Source: Abditibacteriaceae bacterium (GTDB lineage: Bacteria; Armatimonadota; Abditibacteriia; Abditibacteriales; Abditibacteriaceae). Taken from it: DNA of 11,003 nucleotides. Below, one piece after another: positions 5,626-11,003 of this stretch. The notes beneath the pieces are model-generated. The model ran no database searches. It saw nothing but the letters and a program-made list of their open reading frames with translations, and was not told where the DNA came from. The stretch lies in assembly GCA_031372065.1 (NCBI GenBank), contig JANMKN010000107.1, forward strand, positions 1 to 11,003, in the 5' to 3' direction. Each line of letters begins with the position of its first letter. Positions within the stretch are counted from its first letter, which is position 1. The position numbers were made by a program, and so were the translations under genes.

Positions 5626-6591
5626 ATGAATCGTTTTTCTGCTGTGCTGTTTGAACACCAACTTGATTTGCGCCATACGAGAACGCAGGTTTTGCAAATT
5701 AATGTCGGCAAAAAATGCAACCAAGCGTGCGTGCATTGCCATGTCAACGCTGGCCCGGCGCGGCGCGAAATGATGACGCGCGAAACGATGCAGCGTGTGT
5801 TGCATTGGCTGGCTGGAACCGATATTCCTATAGTTGACATCACCGGCGGCGCGCCGGAACTCAACCCGCATTTTCGCTTTTTAGTCGAAGAAGTGCGCGC
5901 CCAAAACCGGCGTGTGATGGATCGCTGCAACCTCACGATTTTATGGGAAAACGGGCAGGAAAACTTAGCTGAATTTTTAGCGCGGCACGAAGTGGAAATC
6001 GTCGCTTCGCTGCCATGTTACGGCCCGGAAAATGTGGATGCGCAGCGCGGCGACGGCGTATTTAAAAAAAGCATTCGCGCCTTGCAAAAGCTGAATGAAC
6101 TCGGTTATGGACGCGATGAAAACCTGATTTTAAATTTGGTTTACAACCCCAACGGCGCGTTTTTGCCGCCGCCGCAAAGCGCGCTCGAAGCCGCTTATAA
6201 AGCGCGACTGCGCGAAGATTTTGGAATTGTGTTTAACCGCCTTTTCACCATCACCAATTTGCCGATTGCGCGCTTTGCAGCCTATTTAGAACGCACCGGA
6301 GAACGAGAAGAATATCAGCAACTTTTGCTGGATTCGTTTAATCCCGGCGCGGTAGAAAATTTGATGTGCCGCGACACGCTGAATATCGGCTGGCGCGGCG
6401 AAGTTTACGATTGCGATTTCAATCAGATGCTCAAAATGCCGTGGCGCGATTCCTCAAACGCGCCGCTTTATTTATGGGACATTGAGCCGCAAAGCATCGA
6501 AAAACGCGCCATTTTGACCGGCAATCATTGCTTTGGCTGCACCGCTGGCGCCGGTTCGAGTTGCGGCGGCGCGTTAGTTGGGGTGGGATAA
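5626..6591 (+). CDS. arsS: ArsS-family radical SAM / Cys-rich domain protein (arsenosugar biosynthesis-type, DUF3641 C-terminus)
   Basis: LQINVGKKCNQACVHCHVNAGP (CxxxCxxC), DITGGAPELNP, DRCNLT, ASLPCY, QRGDGVF, LNLVYNP, MCR, YDCDFNQML and the C-terminal HCFGCTAGAGSSCGG signature. ATG 5626 preferred over TTG 5623. Confidence 0.88.
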   Translation: MNRFSAVLFEHQLDLRHTRTQVLQINVGKKCNQACVHCHVNAGPARREMMTRETMQRVLHWLAGTDIPIVDITGGAPELNPHFRFLVEEVRAQNRRVMDRCNLTILWENGQENLAEFLARHEVEIVASLPCYGPENVDAQRGDGVFKKSIRALQKLNELGYGRDENLILNLVYNPNGAFLPPPQSALEAAYKARLREDFGIVFNRLFTITNLPIARFAAYLERTGEREEYQQLLLDSFNPGAVENLMCRDTLNIGWRGEVYDCDFNQMLKMPWRDSSNAPLYLWDIEPQSIEKRAILTGNHCFGCTAGAGSSCGGALVGVG

Positions 6592-6609
6592 ATTTGAAGT
6601 GATGGAAAT

Positions 6610-7095
6610 TCATTCAGCATTCTGTGCAACAATATCAGACCAAACGATGGTTTTGCGTTTATTTTTTAAGGCGATATGCGCCGCAACGCATTCAAACCCA
6701 TTGATGACTTTTAATGAGGTAGAAGAATATTCCTGTCGAATGATATATAACTTGCCGTTTGCTCTCCCTGCCAGAGCAATATTTACAATTTCACCATTGG
6801 GCTGCGTTGTGGAGTAAATGATTCTGAAAGAACGATGTGACGCAATGCTTGCTACGCTACAAGCATCATTTGTAACTTCAGCATCACTATCAACTCCCAC
6901 TTGTTTATGCCCACAATCCAACGCTCCAAAGCCAGCCCAATATCTTACTGCTTTCTCAAAAGGTTCCGCGTTTGGATTGATAGCCCATTGAATATCGTCG
7001 AACCACCATCCACCCACCGCAACGAGCAGAAAAAGAGGGATGAGGAACAAAGAAATCTCGGCTCTATTTAGCTTCTTTTTGTTCAAAACAATCAC
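6610..7095 (-). CDS. Hypothetical membrane-anchored protein, low GC
   Basis: 161-codon ORF (GTG start) filling the gap between arsS and the YbhB gene. Basic N-terminus plus one hydrophobic helix (ISLFLIPLFLLVAVGGWWF), then a soluble domain with 3 Cys. Hand count gives ~42% GC over 6601-7080. Confidence 0.7.
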   Translation of the reverse strand: MIVLNKKKLNRAEISLFLIPLFLLVAVGGWWFDDIQWAINPNAEPFEKAVRYWAGFGALDCGHKQVGVDSDAEVTNDACSVASIASHRSFRIIYSTTQPNGEIVNIALAGRANGKLYIIRQEYSSTSLKVINGFECVAAHIALKNKRKTIVWSDIVAQNAE

Positions 7096-7227
7096 CTATT
7101 GAAATTCTACATCTTTATGTTTCTGTTCGTTTGAAGCTATTTAGGGAATTGACTATGCAGATGATGTAATGGGCAAATTTTCTGTTTCAAGGCCAGTGGT
7201 TGCACTGATTTGAGAAACTGATATTTC

Positions 7228-7839
7228 ATGTCACGCATTCTTTTCAAATTGCCGATTTTCATCGGCGCACTTTTTTGTTTGAACGGCTGCAATTCGCCTT
7301 CAGATAATTCTTCCTCCGGCCCGGTGCCCAGCGCGGCGGATATGATGCAAACCATTAAGGCGACGCCCGAAAAAATCAAAGTAAGCAGCGTGGCTTTTGC
7401 CCAAGGCGCGGCGCTGGCCCCGCAACAAGCGCATAGCGATTGCGGCGGGCAAAATGTCTCGCCACCGCTGTCGTGGAATGGCGTGCCGCCCACAGCGAAA
7501 AGTGTGGCGATTGTGGTCAACGATCCCGATGCGCCGGGCGGCGCGTGGACGCATTGGATTATTTACAATTTGCCGCCGGGCCGCAAAAATATCGGAGTTG
7601 GCATCGCGCCGGGCGAAACAGTGCCCGGCGGCGCGGCGCAAGTCAGAAACGATTGGGGCGTAGCGGGTTATGGCGGGCCTTGTCCGCCTTCGGGCCAGCA
7701 TCATTATCAGTTTTATGTGCTGGCACTGGATAAGCGTTTGGTCTTGCTCGCCGCCGACAAAAGCGAATTCGGTAAAGCGATTTCCGGCCACATTTTAGCG
7801 CGCGGCGTTTTGACGGGCATTTACAGCAAGGCGAAATAA
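7228..7839 (+). CDS. YbhB/YbcL-family Raf kinase inhibitor-like (PEBP) protein, predicted lipoprotein
   Basis: SSVAF..G, G.NVSPPLSW, DPDAP, HW..YN, NDWG..GYGGPCPP..HHY.F...ALD motifs. Signal peptide ending in LNG-C, followed by a Ser/Pro linker. Confidence 0.93.
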   Translation: MSRILFKLPIFIGALFCLNGCNSPSDNSSSGPVPSAADMMQTIKATPEKIKVSSVAFAQGAALAPQQAHSDCGGQNVSPPLSWNGVPPTAKSVAIVVNDPDAPGGAWTHWIIYNLPPGRKNIGVGIAPGETVPGGAAQVRNDWGVAGYGGPCPPSGQHHYQFYVLALDKRLVLLAADKSEFGKAISGHILARGVLTGIYSKAK

Positions 7840-7884
7840 GCGGACGCCGCGAGTGCGGGCTAAACTGCAAGCACTTTAGCAAGC

Positions 7885-9525
7885 ATGACATCTCTTTTGG
7901 CTTTTGACCCAACGACGTTGCGGCGCGAGACGTTTGATTTTTTGATTATCGGCTCTGGCGTCGCAGGCTTGTCGTGCGCGTTGGAATTGGCGCCGCACGG
8001 GCGCGTGGCGGTGCTAACCAAAGAAAAAATCGGCACCGGTTCGACGGAGTGGGCGCAAGGCGGCATCGCGGCAGTGCTGGCGCCGGAGCCGCTGGATTCC
8101 AACGCGTTGCACTTGTCCGACACGATGGACGCCGGAGCCGGTTTGTGTGACCGTGATGCGGTGCAGGTTTTAGTTGAAGAAGGCCCGCGTCGTGTGCGCC
8201 AACTCATTGCACGCGGCGCGCACTTCGACACCGAACCATCGGGCGAACTGAAACTCACCCGCGAAGCGGCGCACAGTGCGCGGCGCATTGTTCATGCGCA
8301 GGGCGATTCCACTGGGCGCGAAGTGCAGCGTTCTCTTACTGCCGAGGTTTTGCGCAGCGAAGGCATTGAAGTTTTTGAAGACACGCTCACGGTTGATCTT
8401 TTGGTTAGCCAAGGGCGTTGTCGGGGCGCGCTGGCGCTGGATGAAAATACCGGCGAACTGATTTTGTTTTGTGGCCTCGCCACCATAGTGGCGACAGGCG
8501 GCATCGGCGCGCTTTTTAAAATAACGACAAACCCGCCGGTGCTTACCGGCGACGGCATGGCGATGGCCTATCGCGCGGGCGGCGCCTTAATGGATATGGA
8601 ATTCGTGCAATTTCATCCGACTTCGTTCGCCAAAGGGCCGGAATATCCCAAATTTCTGATTTCCGAAGCGGTGCGCGGCGAAGGCGCTCTTTTGCTGAAT
8701 GCCAAGGGCGAACGTTTTATGCCGCGCTATCACCAAGATGCCGAACTGGCGCCCCGCGATGTCGTTTCGCGCGCGATTGCATGGGAAATTCATAACACCG
8801 GCATTGATTGGGTCTTTTTGGACTTGACTTCCAACTCCGAGCAGCAAATTGCAGCGCGTTTTCCGACAATTTATGCGACGTGCGTGGCCTATGGCATCAA
8901 CCCGGCGCAAGAGCCGGTGCCGGTTTCGCCTGCCGTGCATTATATGATGGGCGGCATTCGCACCGATTTAAATGGCGCTTCTAATATCCCCGGACTTTTG
9001 GCTTGTGGCGAATGTGCCTGCACCGGCGTGCATGGCGCCAATCGTCTGGCATCGAATTCCATGCTCGAAGGTTTGGTTTTTGGTATTCGCACCGTGCGCG
9101 CGGCGCGCGATATGAAAGAACAGTTTCAAAATTCCGCTTGCGAATTTCCTCTCGATAGCAGCGCGCCCCCGTCGCAAAAACGCAGCACGGATGAAATTAG
9201 TAAAGCGCGTGCATCGCTGCGAGAACTGATGTGGCTGCACGCTGGTTTGGTGCGCGATGCCAACGGATTGCAGAATGCCTTAGCCCAATTGGAAACTTTG
9301 CAAAAGCGCTTTGGCAAGCCCCAACCTGAGCGCGGCGCCCTTGAGTTGGCAAACATGATCACCGTATCTCAATTAATCACACAAGCGGCGCTGACGCGTC
9401 AGGAAAGCCGGGGCGCACACTTTCGCAGTGATTTTCCACAACCAGATTTGGAAAATTGGCAACGCCACATCGTCTTACAGCAGGAAATGGGACACTTGCG
9501 CGTAGAAACTATCATGGCAGGATAG
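7885..9525 (+). CDS. nadB: L-aspartate oxidase (NAD de novo biosynthesis)
   Basis: FAD-binding IIGSGVAGL, STEWAQGGIAA, REAAHSARRIVHA.GD.TG, ATGG, MEFVQFHPT, LISEAVRGEG, ELAPRDVVSRAI, HYMMGGI, TGVHGANRLASNS, R.ESRGAHFRSDFP. It has AQGGI and REAAHS rather than the SdhA-type patterns. Confidence 0.95.
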   Translation: MTSLLAFDPTTLRRETFDFLIIGSGVAGLSCALELAPHGRVAVLTKEKIGTGSTEWAQGGIAAVLAPEPLDSNALHLSDTMDAGAGLCDRDAVQVLVEEGPRRVRQLIARGAHFDTEPSGELKLTREAAHSARRIVHAQGDSTGREVQRSLTAEVLRSEGIEVFEDTLTVDLLVSQGRCRGALALDENTGELILFCGLATIVATGGIGALFKITTNPPVLTGDGMAMAYRAGGALMDMEFVQFHPTSFAKGPEYPKFLISEAVRGEGALLLNAKGERFMPRYHQDAELAPRDVVSRAIAWEIHNTGIDWVFLDLTSNSEQQIAARFPTIYATCVAYGINPAQEPVPVSPAVHYMMGGIRTDLNGASNIPGLLACGECACTGVHGANRLASNSMLEGLVFGIRTVRAARDMKEQFQNSACEFPLDSSAPPSQKRSTDEISKARASLRELMWLHAGLVRDANGLQNALAQLETLQKRFGKPQPERGALELANMITVSQLITQAALTRQESRGAHFRSDFPQPDLENWQRHIVLQQEMGHLRVETIMAG

Positions 9526-9592
9526 TTGCTTTCACCAAAGCGACTAAAATAAAGTCGTCTCAAACATTTTTCGCTTTGCGTCCTGTTTCGCC

Positions 9593-10819
9593 ATGAAATT
9601 GCTGCCCGCCAGCCCCGGTTATTTCGAACCTGAATTAGAAGTTCGTTATCGCGCTCGGCAAAATGAGCAAGCGCTTTCCGGCACACGCGTGCTGATGCTA
9701 ATGGCGGCGGCGGCTCTGGCGCTTTTTTCAGTTTGGGATCACTTTTACGAGCCATCCTCACTGTCGCAAACCGTGCCCATTCGCGCACTGGGCACGGGCA
9801 TTATTTTGGCTTTGTGGAGTGGCACTTATCATTCGCAATTAAAAAATCAATTAAGCTGGCTACTTTTTGGTAACACCGTTACCTGCACTACGATTGTCGC
9901 ATGGGTTTTAGTAGTCATGCCACCCAGTCTGGGCACGGTAGGCAGTCCATCGGCAGGAACTCCGATGGTGGCAGGTTTTCCCAACTTTTTTTTCGTGCCG
10001 CTTTCGTTTGCTTTTTTGCCAAATTACCGCGCGGTGGCGCTCAACTGCATCGCCGTTATGCTGATCGTCAACGGGGTGCAATTGGCCGATAACATTGACC
10101 GCATGGCTGTTATCAATACCAATATTTTTCTGTCGGCGATGTGCGCGGTCACAGGACTTTTTGCATGGGTCAATGAAGCGCGCAGTCGGAAAATGTTTCG
10201 TCTTGAAATAGAACTGGAACGCTTGGCGACCACCGATTCGCTCAGTGGCGCTTTCAATCGGAGGCATTTTACACAGTGCGCCGAAAACGAAATTGCGCGT
10301 GCCCGCCGTTATAATCATCCACTGGCAATGATGCTTTTAGACATTGATTACTTCAAAAGCATCAACGACAATTACGGTCATCATGCGGGCGATGTCGCCA
10401 TTCGCGCCGTCGCCGACGCTTGTCGCGCCGCGTTGCGCCAAACCGACTTTTTAGGGCGCATGGGCGGCGAAGAATTCGCGATTTTGTTGCCCGAAACCGA
10501 TATAATCGCCGCCGGACAATTGGCCGAACGTCTCCGGGCGAATTTGGAAAAAATGAAAATCAAAGCCGAAGGCGAACCAAATAAAACTTCAGATTCAACT
10601 TCCGCAGAAAGATTAAGCGAAAATCCGGTCAATACGGTGTCGCTCACGGCCAGCATCGGCGTTTCCTCATGGTTGGGCCGTGATGATTCGCTCGAAGCCT
10701 TGCTCCAACGCGCTGATAGTTGCCTTTATGAAGCCAAACATCTGGGTCGCAATCAAGTCGTCGTCAGCCAGGCACCAAAGAAAACCAATATCTCAACTCC
10801 CGAAACACAGGCGGTCTGA
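9593..10819 (+). CDS. Membrane-bound diguanylate cyclase (GGDEF domain)
   Basis: About 5-6 hydrophobic segments in the N-terminal half, then ATTDSLSGAFNRR, DIDYFKSINDNYGHHAGD, RQTD (RxxD I-site), GRMGGEEF, TASIGV, AD..LYEAK..GRN. Confidence 0.95.
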   Translation: MKLLPASPGYFEPELEVRYRARQNEQALSGTRVLMLMAAAALALFSVWDHFYEPSSLSQTVPIRALGTGIILALWSGTYHSQLKNQLSWLLFGNTVTCTTIVAWVLVVMPPSLGTVGSPSAGTPMVAGFPNFFFVPLSFAFLPNYRAVALNCIAVMLIVNGVQLADNIDRMAVINTNIFLSAMCAVTGLFAWVNEARSRKMFRLEIELERLATTDSLSGAFNRRHFTQCAENEIARARRYNHPLAMMLLDIDYFKSINDNYGHHAGDVAIRAVADACRAALRQTDFLGRMGGEEFAILLPETDIIAAGQLAERLRANLEKMKIKAEGEPNKTSDSTSAERLSENPVNTVSLTASIGVSSWLGRDDSLEALLQRADSCLYEAKHLGRNQVVVSQAPKKTNISTPETQAV

Positions 10820-10979
10820 CTAATAGACATAATCGTGCATAAGCATCCAGAGTCCAGCATGGCGATTTTTTAGAATCAGTTTGCAAAGTCATAAAACTGT
10901 CACCTTCGAGCAAAAAGACCTCATTTTAGTGCCTTTTTCGTCGGCAAACCCGCTTAACTGGCATTCATAAGCATCGAAT

Positions 10980-11003
10980 ATGAATATTGTGCTGATTAAT
11001 GAA
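10980..11003 (+). CDS. Possible 5' end of the next gene (MNIVLINE...)
   Basis: ATG followed by 7 open codons resembling an N-terminal beta strand. No SD, and too short to verify. Confidence 0.2.

Noticed and set aside
7154..7177. Third copy of the LacI operator (TATGCAGAT-GATGTA-ATGGGCAAA)
   Set aside because: The half-sites are similar, but the spacing is 2 bp longer and the central CG is missing.
7885..9525. Succinate dehydrogenase/fumarate reductase flavoprotein
   Set aside because: It lacks the covalent-FAD His segment (it has GSTEWAQGG rather than SHT..AQGG), and no iron-sulfur or anchor subunit genes are adjacent. The motifs fit NadB.
9526..9560. Promoter (TTGCTT...TAAAAT) or terminator between nadB and the cyclase
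   Set aside because: The spacer is only 13 bp. The GCGACT/AGTCGT stem is weak and has no adjacent U-tract.
1898..10656. Remaining antisense or out-of-frame ORFs of 60-165 aa overlapping the called genes
   Set aside because: They lie within or across well-supported genes, have no recognisable motifs, and are expected in GC-rich coding DNA.

Overview
Bacterial chromosomal window, mostly 55-60% GC by eye. The lineage cannot be fixed from sequence alone; an Armatimonadota/Abditibacteriota-like organism is only a guess. Gene order: a truncated sugar ABC-transporter substrate-binding protein (minus strand, absent from the ORF track), a DUF4190-like membrane protein (minus), then a divergent LacI-family repressor preceded by a near-consensus sigma70 promoter and two mutually inverted 22-bp operators. 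Next come a secreted clan GH-A glycoside hydrolase (GH2-TIM/GH158-like + Ig-like + CBM-like), a helical hypothetical protein, an ArsS-type radical SAM enzyme, a low-GC hypothetical gene (minus), a YbhB/YbcL lipoprotein, nadB and a membrane GGDEF diguanylate cyclase. The most unusual element is at 4598-4940: a non-coding array of seven palindromic units with a 41-42 bp period and shuffled half-sites. It is bracketed by a 35-bp imperfect duplication of the hydrolase 3' end (FYLDDIRYE* vs FYLDKIRYE*). No transposase, integrase, Cas or Tas gene is present in the window.
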